Source of the DNA: an uncultured Candidatus Poseidoniales archaeon
GTDB taxonomy: Archaea > Thermoplasmatota > Poseidoniia > Poseidoniales > Poseidoniaceae
Length of the DNA: 64,000 bases
NCBI GenBank assembly: GCA_964013535.1
Contig: CAXGWS010000007.1
Coordinates: forward strand, 6,318-70,317
Direction: 5' to 3'
The position numbers and the translations under genes are program-made. A model generated the notes under the pieces. The model was not told the DNA's origin. It saw only the letters and a program-made list of their open reading frames with translations, and searched no databases. This document shows, piece after piece, positions 36,002 to 44,522 of the stretch. Numbering within the stretch: the stretch's first letter is position 1; each line of letters starts with the position of its first letter.

Positions 36002-37435
36002 CTATTCTTCTTCGACCCAAAGATGTGAAGGAGATGAATCAAGTATTGAGCGCTTATTTGCTTTCAGCCTCTGTAATCTAAACAAAACAAATGCAGTCAT
36101 CCACAATGATGGTACGGATAATAAAATCGCCCGCCACATCTTGTTATCATTGTAATCATTTACTACACTAACCTCAATTATGTCTTCCGAATTTGTGCTT
36201 GGATTGTGCATAACAATCAAGTTGTAAATTAGATAACTATCCGTAACAATTTCAACCTCTTCCCCTGGACCGATTATGTAGTGCTCGCCAATGCTTACCA
36301 AATACTGCCAATCAATTGACCCATTATCCATCGTTTTAGCACTCTCTTCGACTGAAATATAAACCACTTCGAGAGTTAAGGAAGGATCGAGATTTTTAAC
36401 CGTCGAATCAACGTGTTCACCGTACTTTAATTCTTGAATAATCTCGTATGTTGAGTCCTCAGGCCCGAGCCTAAAAGAAACTCTGTCGTCCGAATTTTCC
36501 ATTTGAACATTCACTGCCATCAAGATTAAAGTGAACATTACCAAAGCGATAGCACCTTCGATAATTGCATGTCGCCTTACTTTGATTTTGTCAAGACCTT
36601 TGAAGAATGAACCGTAATCATTTCTTATACGTGGTTGTAGGTGATGGATAAACAGAGCACCAACGCCACCAATCAGTATGCCAAGAGGGATGTCAGTAAA
36701 CCAATGAATTCCGAGGTATAGAATCGAAAATATGAACAGAATTGTATTAAGCAATACAAACAAGAAATATTTGTAGTGACGCCACTCTTTCATCTTACCA
36801 CCTTTTTCCTTAACGTGTAAGTAATTGAGCATGAGAATTCCAAATGGTATAGCGACGTGTAATGATGGTACGGCGTTATCAAGAGGGTCGTGTGTGGCAT
36901 AAAATACGGTATATGCTCCATCGTGATACAATAACGCCTCCATGCCTGGAATCCAAGAAGAGGTCACTTCGACATTGAAAAATAAGTAATATGGTACAGC
37001 TAATGCGTATATTAGCAAATAATTCAACGTAACTTTGTCGGTCATGTCTCTGTCACCAGTATAAGCAAAATAGACCGTCGTTACATAAATCAAAAATAGG
37101 TAAATAAAAAGATAATGAAAATTTAAAATTGCTGTTAATGTGTCATTGAGGAAAAAATCCTGTATGTGTTTGGTGAATTCACCTTCGATAGCATAAATCA
37201 AATCTGTCCAGTGACCGACATCCGATTTTATCGGTTCGTTGAGCATGTCAGTGATTGACTTCCATTTTATGATTACTAAATAGCCCATTGCGTGCAGATA
37301 GTAGCGTTTTTCGTGAAATTCTTTGGCCCACATAGAGAGCGGAACTCGGTGTTCTTTCTGTGAGATTGAGAATAGCCAACACACTACAGGAGTGAATAAT
37401 ACCACGAGCATCATCATGATAGTGTATGGACTCAT
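36002..37435 (-). CDS. PAP2-superfamily membrane phosphatase with an extra C-terminal domain and terminal TM helix
   Basis: 477 aa. PSLHVAIPF and IHWFTDIPLG fit PAP2 C2/C3 motifs. A soluble domain of about 130 aa and a final TM helix follow. Ends ..HLWVEEE. Confidence 0.65.
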   Translation of the reverse strand: MSPYTIMMMLVVLFTPVVCWLFSISQKEHRVPLSMWAKEFHEKRYYLHAMGYLVIIKWKSITDMLNEPIKSDVGHWTDLIYAIEGEFTKHIQDFFLNDTLTAILNFHYLFIYLFLIYVTTVYFAYTGDRDMTDKVTLNYLLIYALAVPYYLFFNVEVTSSWIPGMEALLYHDGAYTVFYATHDPLDNAVPSLHVAIPFGILMLNYLHVKEKGGKMKEWRHYKYFLFVLLNTILFIFSILYLGIHWFTDIPLGILIGGVGALFIHHLQPRIRNDYGSFFKGLDKIKVRRHAIIEGAIALVMFTLILMAVNVQMENSDDRVSFRLGPEDSTYEIIQELKYGEHVDSTVKNLDPSLTLEVVYISVEESAKTMDNGSIDWQYLVSIGEHYIIGPGEEVEIVTDSYLIYNLIVMHNPSTNSEDIIEVSVVNDYNDNKMWRAILLSVPSLWMTAFVLFRLQRLKANKRSILDSSPSHLWVEEE

Positions 37436-37558
37436 GACCCTCTCGCCACCTTTGTCAATATATCATTTTTCACCACATAATCACATAACTATCGATTATT
37501 AGCAAATTGCAAATCAGACGACACATCATGTTTTGAATGATTTCGTTTACCACGTAGT

Positions 37559-38710
37559 GTGTCTGACTGGCAGCAACCGCCTGAGAACTCATTGGCTAGT
37601 TTAGTCCATGGCATTACACATTGTGATGGAATTGAATTGGATTTGAGATTGACATCTGATAACGAATTAGTGATACATCACGATGCTAAGGTTTCGATTG
37701 CTAAGCATTTGTTAGATAGTGATAATCAATATGTTGAAGGATGGGAACTGGATGATTTGCAGAACCATGGATTTTGCTCATTTAGACAATTGATAGAAAA
37801 TCAAATCATACAAAAAAATTGGCGTGATGAAGGAAAAATGGTCTGCTTGGAGCTTAAACGACCCCATCCAAAATCCCCAATTGGTGGCGGGTATTTCAAC
37901 CAAAAGCGAGTAACTGAAAGTCTGTCTAAAATGATAGATAATGCATCCCTGTTACTTGATGAATTCGAAATTCCTAAATCGAACATCGTATTCTATGCAT
38001 TCCATAACAAAATGCATCAATCAATTAAAACATCTAATTGTAAATACAACTGGGCTGAATTATTACCGGTAGTTCCACGATTTGGCTATGGCCGGTTCAA
38101 ACGACTGATGGCCTATCCACAATATCTAGTAACGCCATTTAGCAAATTAATCAATAAACATAAACAACGAGGAGCATCAATGGTTCCATGCGCAATTGAA
38201 TATTTTCAACCGTTTTACAACCGTTTACTGATTGGCAGGAGTGTCGGTTTATCTGGGAAACGATTGGATTACTTTCAAAACTGTCGAAAAGCAATGCCGG
38301 TATATGTGTGGCCTGCGAAAAAAAATTATGAAGCTCGCTTACTGGACTCTGGAATCACCGGATTAACCGATAATTTAGACCCAGAATTCACATGGTACAA
38401 AGACGGCAAACCAAGGTGGCGCTTTCCTGCCACTCAGCCGTTGGACATAGAGCAACAAAAGCGATTGAACAATGCCAATTTTGCAAACCACCGAGACATA
38501 CTCAAAGAATTGTATTCCGAAGTCCCCAAGTGGTCGGAGTGTGACTTACAAAGGAAACAAACCATCATTCAATCGTGGCGGGACCGGTGGAACTGGGACT
38601 TTAACACTGAAGATATGAAGGCCAATTTGGACTACGCACCACCGTGGCAAGCAGTTAGACTAATTGGCCACCGTGGTGCTGGTAAATCTCCAAGACCGGT
38701 TATGCGTTGA
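37559..38710 (+). CDS. Glycerophosphodiester-phosphodiesterase-like (GDPD) protein with a displaced HRG motif
   Basis: 383 aa. GTG 37559 is the only possible start, because an in-frame TGA lies at 37538. Begins at the PENS..GIELDLRLTSDNELVIHHD part of the GDPD barrel and contains GITGLTDN near aa 285. The HRG motif (LIGHRGAGK) occurs only at the extreme C-terminus. Confidence 0.7.
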   Translation: MSDWQQPPENSLASLVHGITHCDGIELDLRLTSDNELVIHHDAKVSIAKHLLDSDNQYVEGWELDDLQNHGFCSFRQLIENQIIQKNWRDEGKMVCLELKRPHPKSPIGGGYFNQKRVTESLSKMIDNASLLLDEFEIPKSNIVFYAFHNKMHQSIKTSNCKYNWAELLPVVPRFGYGRFKRLMAYPQYLVTPFSKLINKHKQRGASMVPCAIEYFQPFYNRLLIGRSVGLSGKRLDYFQNCRKAMPVYVWPAKKNYEARLLDSGITGLTDNLDPEFTWYKDGKPRWRFPATQPLDIEQQKRLNNANFANHRDILKELYSEVPKWSECDLQRKQTIIQSWRDRWNWDFNTEDMKANLDYAPPWQAVRLIGHRGAGKSPRPVMR

Positions 38711-39886
38711 CTACTCGACATGCCGTAATTCTTGGGCTTCAGGGAAGTACTTGGGTCGATAGATTGGGACGCCTCTGCCATTGCGCATGTTGACTCGTTC
38801 ATCGACTATTTGAGCACCGATTCCGGCAACTCTTGCCCAACCGAACAGAGTTGTGTAGTATGTTGGGTCTTCCAAACCAACATGATGCAGTAAAGCACCA
38901 CTGGCGATATCAACATTAGCGTTTGGATTCCTAATTTTCTTGTTTTCCGCTAAGACTCGTGGTGCTACCTTACGAAGCATTTTGATGATTTTGAAATTCT
39001 CATCATCAGGACAGATTTGTTCACCCAATTCAAATTGAGCACTCGCTCTTGGATCTTCTACACTTAGTACAGCATGACCAAAACCGTAAACAGGGCGTCC
39101 TTGTGTTAATTCATTTCGAACAAATTCTTCTACTTCTGATTCATCATCAGTGCCAACCTTGAGGACAAATTCCAAGCATGATTGATTGGCTCTCCCGTGT
39201 AATGGACCTGATAGAGCATTCATTGCACCAGCGATAGCAGAGTAGACTGTTGCTTTTCCCGAGGCAATTGACTTGCCGGTAAATGTAGATAAATTGCCAC
39301 CTCCATGGTCCATGTGCAAAACCAGATACGTCGACACAACTCTTGCCATTTTCTGCTGATCTACGTCAGATAAGTCAAGAGTCTCGACAAATCGATCAAC
39401 AAGTGATTTAGAGACATCATCTACTGGTATATTCTCGGTTCTACCCTCTCGATAGCGGAACATTAAACCCATTAGACGTGGCATCCTTGCAACCAAATTT
39501 AGTGCGTCATCAAGCCAATTTTCGGTCGTTTCATACATACCCAATGTGTGTATGCCAACCGACAACCAGTCCATGGGATGGCCTTGCTTAGGAAGGCTGG
39601 CTAAAACGGTCTCAACGCCTTCAGGCATGGTGGCTCGGGCTGAAAGGTTGGCTCTAAATTCAGCAGATTGCTCAGCAGTTGGTAATTCTTTATTGAATAA
39701 CAGATAAATGATATCTTCAGGCGAAAAGTCAACCAATTCTTTGATGGGGTAACCGCAGTAATGAACACCCTCATCCGGTGTTACAAATGAGGTTCTACAA
39801 GTGCCAACAGGAATACCTCTCAAACCAGTATTAAGATGATTTTCCGTGACTTCACAGAGTACATCTTCCTTTGTCATGAATCCCAC
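38711..39886 (-). CDS. gltA: Citrate synthase
   Basis: 391 aa. GFGHAVL..DPR catalytic motif and LHMDHGGGN. The stop abuts the GDPD stop with no gap. Confidence 0.9.
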   Translation of the reverse strand: MGFMTKEDVLCEVTENHLNTGLRGIPVGTCRTSFVTPDEGVHYCGYPIKELVDFSPEDIIYLLFNKELPTAEQSAEFRANLSARATMPEGVETVLASLPKQGHPMDWLSVGIHTLGMYETTENWLDDALNLVARMPRLMGLMFRYREGRTENIPVDDVSKSLVDRFVETLDLSDVDQQKMARVVSTYLVLHMDHGGGNLSTFTGKSIASGKATVYSAIAGAMNALSGPLHGRANQSCLEFVLKVGTDDESEVEEFVRNELTQGRPVYGFGHAVLSVEDPRASAQFELGEQICPDDENFKIIKMLRKVAPRVLAENKKIRNPNANVDIASGALLHHVGLEDPTYYTTLFGWARVAGIGAQIVDERVNMRNGRGVPIYRPKYFPEAQELRHVE

Positions 39887-39911
39887 TCAACCATCCGAGT
39901 TATCACTATGG

Positions 39912-39918
39912 TATAAAG
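39912..39918 (-). promoter_or_regulatory. Putative TATA box (CTTTATA on the minus strand) for citrate synthase
   Basis: Centred about 29 nt upstream of ATG 39886. No SD lies between, suggesting a leaderless mRNA. Confidence 0.35.
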
Positions 39919-39966
39919 ACGGCCTATTTAGTCATCAAGCAAAGTAATACAACCGCTGTGAGTTAT

Positions 39967-40416
39967 CTACCACTCTCTAAATCCTTGAGAGGATTGGCGG
40001 TCGGCTATCACGTGAATTTTAATGGTATTTCCATCAATAATTATTGCATCCTCAGCAGTCAAACCGGGACATTCCTGTTTAGTTTGTTGCCAATTTCGAT
40101 CAGTAGCGAGGTTTTCGGCCCACCAGGGATATGCTGCACATTGTTGAGGGCGATTTTGATAGATTTGACAGGTTTTCTCCTCGCTAAGATAGATACAGAT
40201 TCCATCCGATTCTCGGCTTTTCAAAATATACCTACCGTCCAAAGTACGTTGACAATCCCTTTCTAACCAATCGGGAACTGAAAGATTCATGCTCGAAGCA
40301 ATTCTCTTAGCGTCATGCTTCGAAAGGTAAACGATGCCTCCTGGCTCATCACAGCACTTACCGCAACCTGTTTGACACGCGAATTTTACTCCGCTACTCC
40401 ACCAAGGATGCCTCAT
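39967..40416 (-). CDS. YkgJ-family (CxxCxxCC / UPF0153) Zn/Fe-chelating cysteine-cluster protein
   Basis: 149 aa. N-terminal CQTGCGKCC cluster plus downstream Cys residues (CIYL, CQIY, CAAYP) typical of the family. The start overlaps the upstream stop (ATGA). Confidence 0.75.
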   Translation of the reverse strand: MRHPWWSSGVKFACQTGCGKCCDEPGGIVYLSKHDAKRIASSMNLSVPDWLERDCQRTLDGRYILKSRESDGICIYLSEEKTCQIYQNRPQQCAAYPWWAENLATDRNWQQTKQECPGLTAEDAIIIDGNTIKIHVIADRQSSQGFREW

Positions 40417-42428
40417 TCTTCCTCACCACTGAGGACCACTGCAACCGGTGTCAATGTAGATGTCTGTTTAACACCCTCTGGATGTGGTTCAAGAACACCT
40501 TCAATAGGAATCTTAACCGATTCATCAATCAATAAATCATCCACTGAAACTTGAGACTCATTAACATCCCATTCTCCATCAGGGACAAAACTTTCCAGTG
40601 TATCGGTTATATCGTCGTCCAAAAATTCAGGAAGTTCAGCACGATTAGGGTCTATGGTGACCAACTCATGCTCAAGTGCTCTTAGTTCATCGGCAATTCC
40701 GATCAATCCTTCCATAGATGCATCTGAAGTCCTGTTTGCAAGGTCAAGCAATCGCGCTTCAAGATCGACTAACTGCCCAGTTTCTGCTGATATAGTTTGG
40801 TTGGATTGGTCGATTTTATTATCAATTCCAACATCTAATTCGGTCAAAATATCTGCCGCAAGAGTATGATCCTTCTGAATAATTCTTGTCATTTTAGCAA
40901 CCAAATGTTTGTCTCGGTCGTTAATGTCTATCACAGATGGAGCCTCAGGGGTTAAATCATCAAGTGTGGTTCGAATATGTGATTCAACAAAATCAGTTTC
41001 TACCTCACTTAACGCAGCAATATCGAGTTCAGGGGGCTCATAATCATCTGATAGTTCTGGCAATTCCGAGTTAATCTCGATGCCTCCAAGATGATTATCG
41101 CTGTAAACAACATCGACTACTGAGTTAATCAATCTAGTCGCAATATCCTCGACACTCTCGCTTGCCAGTTCCGCCGCTACTTCTTCTTCATCAGACTGAA
41201 TGTCATTGATTAATTTGTAAACATCAATTGAATCTATTAGTTGTGCGCCGTGGTTTATTGCTGACTCCACTTTATCCATAGCATTCTTTGTATTCCGCCA
41301 GCCTACTTCTCCTGATGTAACCAGTAGTGCCAGTTGTTCATCACTCAGCACGATACTTTTCTGCATCGCCAGGCGTCGAGCATACAATAACAAACTACCT
41401 GCGCCAACTGGATTGAGCATTGTCTTAACTCCACTTCTCAATAAGTCCCATATCTTTGAAGCAGGCCAATTATCTACTGAGTTAGTACAAGTAACTACAA
41501 CGTGAATATTCAAATTCAAAGCCGTATCTACCATCCTACCAATGTGATTCATCACATCATCATCAGCTAAATGTTCATCAATATCGTCAATCAAAAGAAC
41601 CGAGGCGTGGGCAAAAACGTCTGTCCAACTGAGATTGTTACTCAACACTTTAGGTAATTCTTCTCCCCGAACAAAGAATACAGTCTGGTCTGCCCGAAGC
41701 AATATTGACTGGCCAATTGCATTCAATAGATGTGATTTGCCGGTTCCAGAATCACCTATAATTATCAAAGGATTTAGTGATTGTTGGGTAAAATCAACAA
41801 CTTGTTCGGCCAGTTGAGTCGCACGCTTATTTTCAGAAACAGTACACCAAGTCTTGAATGTATTATGAGTACTGAAAGGGAGTTCCTTTGGCCAATCCAC
41901 AACTACAGGTATGTGAGTCGAATGGTGGTGTGTTATCGATGCGGGTGGTTCGCTAAGATGATGCTGTTTATCATCGATTTCCCTAGTACCGGAAACAACA
42001 CTACTCCAAATTGGAGTACCATCTGATTCAAAACCAAAGAAGGTATTTTCAGACATATTTGCATCACTTGAAATCTTATTCAAGGTTCGTTCTCGAAGAT
42101 TTTTTAGTCGCTGTGCCACGAGGGTAGATACGTCGTTATTCGAATCCCCAACCGAAATTTTTGGTTGGTAATTTTCAGATTCTTGACCTAGTACCCCATC
42201 AGCGAGCAGGTCGTATGTTGGCCGATTTTTGACTCCAACCCTCGCAAGAAGCGGTTTTCGATTTAGAGCTAACTCGGTTTTACCCGTCATACGGGCGAGT
42301 TTTGACCTCGGCTGAACCTGACTACGACTATCCTGATGCTTGGGGAGAGAACCTGACTTGTCTTTGGAATTAACATGTCTTTCAGCGTTTTTTATTGCGC
42401 TTAACAATTTATTCCTTCGGGCGTTCAT
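40413..42428 (-). CDS. DnaA/Hda-like AAA+ ATPase flanked by a basic low-complexity N-terminus and a long acidic C-terminal tail
   Basis: 671 aa. HNTFKTW..SENKRATQLAEQV, Walker A NPLIIIGDSGTGKSHLLNAIG (41733-41756), Walker B VLLIDDID, sensor-1-like VVVTCTNS, LLRSGVKTML and GWRNTKNAMDKVESAI. No DNA-binding domain IV. Ends ..SGEEE. Confidence 0.8.
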   Translation of the reverse strand: MNARRNKLLSAIKNAERHVNSKDKSGSLPKHQDSRSQVQPRSKLARMTGKTELALNRKPLLARVGVKNRPTYDLLADGVLGQESENYQPKISVGDSNNDVSTLVAQRLKNLRERTLNKISSDANMSENTFFGFESDGTPIWSSVVSGTREIDDKQHHLSEPPASITHHHSTHIPVVVDWPKELPFSTHNTFKTWCTVSENKRATQLAEQVVDFTQQSLNPLIIIGDSGTGKSHLLNAIGQSILLRADQTVFFVRGEELPKVLSNNLSWTDVFAHASVLLIDDIDEHLADDDVMNHIGRMVDTALNLNIHVVVTCTNSVDNWPASKIWDLLRSGVKTMLNPVGAGSLLLYARRLAMQKSIVLSDEQLALLVTSGEVGWRNTKNAMDKVESAINHGAQLIDSIDVYKLINDIQSDEEEVAAELASESVEDIATRLINSVVDVVYSDNHLGGIEINSELPELSDDYEPPELDIAALSEVETDFVESHIRTTLDDLTPEAPSVIDINDRDKHLVAKMTRIIQKDHTLAADILTELDVGIDNKIDQSNQTISAETGQLVDLEARLLDLANRTSDASMEGLIGIADELRALEHELVTIDPNRAELPEFLDDDITDTLESFVPDGEWDVNESQVSVDDLLIDESVKIPIEGVLEPHPEGVKQTSTLTPVAVVLSGEEE

Positions 42429-44383
42429 TGGTCATCCCCCTCGTAAGAAATAAGCTCTTCATCACTGATTGAGGATTTCGTTTGATATTCTGTCGACCAT
42501 TTTTGATAATTCTTATCGACATCAATGACACTTTGCCCTCTTGATGCAGATTCTCTTTGACGGCGTTTTGAAATGTCTCCTTTGGCGATATCACTCGATG
42601 AATGCACTATTGTATCGACATTGATTTTCCGATTAACCGGTAAATTCCTCTTAGTTTTTACAACAGGTAATTCACTAGCAGATGATTGAGATTTCTGATT
42701 TAATGCTTGCTTGAGTGAACGGCTATTGTTGGAATTTGTACTTTTGAGCATGCTCTGCAAAGCTGCATCCATCTTCTCTGCGCGAGTTGTTAAATTAGTG
42801 TCAATGGCCTGTCTTAGAGAGCGTATTTTGGTTACATTTCCAATCTCAGGAAGTATCACATCTCGATTAATTGCTGTTGCCGAACCTTTAGCCATTCCGT
42901 AATTATCTACACCGGTTCTACGTGATTTTTTGGCTCGCTTTATGCGTATTGCCGCACGTGGTGATTTTGTTTTATGCAATGGCTCAATTTGTTTTGATTC
43001 CTTAATCGCTAATTTTGGTTTAGATTTTGCAGGCGTTTCAATAATTTCTGGATTATTAGCAACTGAATTGATTGAAGCAGAAAATGCAGTCTCCATCAAA
43101 TTTGAAACCAAGTTAGTATCCTCTACGAGTTGGCCATCCTGTGTGATAATTTCGGGCATTATGTCAGTCGGTGCTTGCCATTCATCAACGACTTGGTTAA
43201 GAATTTCCTTGGCTTCTGTCAAATCTTCCTCAGCGACGCTTGCCGCCCCGCCAAACATAGCTTCGTCGCCCGTATGAGCGATGTTTTCGGCAGTCTTAGC
43301 GAAACTAATTTGCTGCTGAATCCACGATAACTCCTCATCTGATAATTCCATACAAATAGGATGGTCGAGGACTGACTCACTATCCATAACCAAATTCTCA
43401 AGATACTGAGGGGAAATTAATTCGAACTCCCTACTGAATGACCGCCTTTCTCGTGTATTCATAAGTTCAAGATTACAATGGACGAGCAGCAAATGATCTG
43501 CTAGTCTCACTTCATCGATAAGGCTCCTAAACATGTTAATTATTGATTTGAATTCATTGGTCGCCAACAGGTAATCCAGGCCGGAAAACACCACAACAGC
43601 TTGCTTATTAGCCCACAAAAAATCCTTTAATTTCTTTTGAATCAAGGAAGGATCTGGTAGAACATTAATGTCGCTGACTTGCGATGAAATCTTGATGCAA
43701 GATGAGTTCGGAATATCATAATCGTTAGTCAGCATTCTTGGTTCACTGCGTGAGAAGACTATCAATGGTCTGCCATGAGTTGCTAAAATGCCTGCCAAAT
43801 TGAACAAAGTTTCAGAACTGCTAGAATCAACTAACAATGTGTCGCCATAGTTTAGATACTTCTCACCTAAGTCAAATTTTTGCAATTTTGCCTTGGTAAG
43901 TTGCCTAATATATTCAGGTGCTTCAACAATAACTTCTTGTTCAGGGAGTCTTGCTTCCCTACGCCAACTACGAGTATTAAGTTGAACATAATTCCACCAG
44001 TCTGCCTTTGCTTGGTCACTTTGTTGATCTTCTGTACTGAGGGAAAAGTCAGGATATAAGTTGGTAATACGAATGATATCTTCATCCGGCAGTTCTACGA
44101 GGGAAATCAAGGCATCAAGGGCTGTCGAATCTCGCTCAATCTCTAACAAAGCCTCAAGGCCACCGCGAATTATATCTGTTTCATGTATTGCCAATTTGGG
44201 TATACCATCATGAATTAAAACTTGGCTAACACGCGGGATTAGTTCTTTTGGCCGCCGCTCGATTCTTATGTATCCCGAGATGCCTAAACGCACCATATCT
44301 CCCGATAATTGTGCTAATGCGTCATGCCCGCCGCGTCGTACTTCAATAACTACGCCTTGTGGCAATTCGACCAAAATTCTCAC
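42425..44383 (-). CDS. Protein with an N-terminal globular module, a DUF835 / inactivated KaiC-like domain and a long basic low-complexity C-terminal half
   Basis: 652 aa, GTG start. Residues about 175-325 fit the DUF835 pattern (GRPLIVFSRSEP.., VVVFSGLDYLLATNEF.., LLLVHCNLELMNTRERRSFSREFELI). The P-loop position is degenerate (GDTLLVDSSSSETL). K/S/N/R-rich tail. Confidence 0.75.
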   Translation of the reverse strand: MRILVELPQGVVIEVRRGGHDALAQLSGDMVRLGISGYIRIERRPKELIPRVSQVLIHDGIPKLAIHETDIIRGGLEALLEIERDSTALDALISLVELPDEDIIRITNLYPDFSLSTEDQQSDQAKADWWNYVQLNTRSWRREARLPEQEVIVEAPEYIRQLTKAKLQKFDLGEKYLNYGDTLLVDSSSSETLFNLAGILATHGRPLIVFSRSEPRMLTNDYDIPNSSCIKISSQVSDINVLPDPSLIQKKLKDFLWANKQAVVVFSGLDYLLATNEFKSIINMFRSLIDEVRLADHLLLVHCNLELMNTRERRSFSREFELISPQYLENLVMDSESVLDHPICMELSDEELSWIQQQISFAKTAENIAHTGDEAMFGGAASVAEEDLTEAKEILNQVVDEWQAPTDIMPEIITQDGQLVEDTNLVSNLMETAFSASINSVANNPEIIETPAKSKPKLAIKESKQIEPLHKTKSPRAAIRIKRAKKSRRTGVDNYGMAKGSATAINRDVILPEIGNVTKIRSLRQAIDTNLTTRAEKMDAALQSMLKSTNSNNSRSLKQALNQKSQSSASELPVVKTKRNLPVNRKINVDTIVHSSSDIAKGDISKRRQRESASRGQSVIDVDKNYQKWSTEYQTKSSISDEELISYEGDDQ

Positions 44384-44522
44384 CCCTTAGTTGTTAGACT
44401 TACAGTTGTGTTATTCAAAGATGCGGAAGAATTCACTCTCAGAAAGCCATTTTCCCGAGGATATTTCTACCGCCAACTCACATTACAAAGGCTTAATTCT
44501 TTACCACTTTTGACAAAGATAC

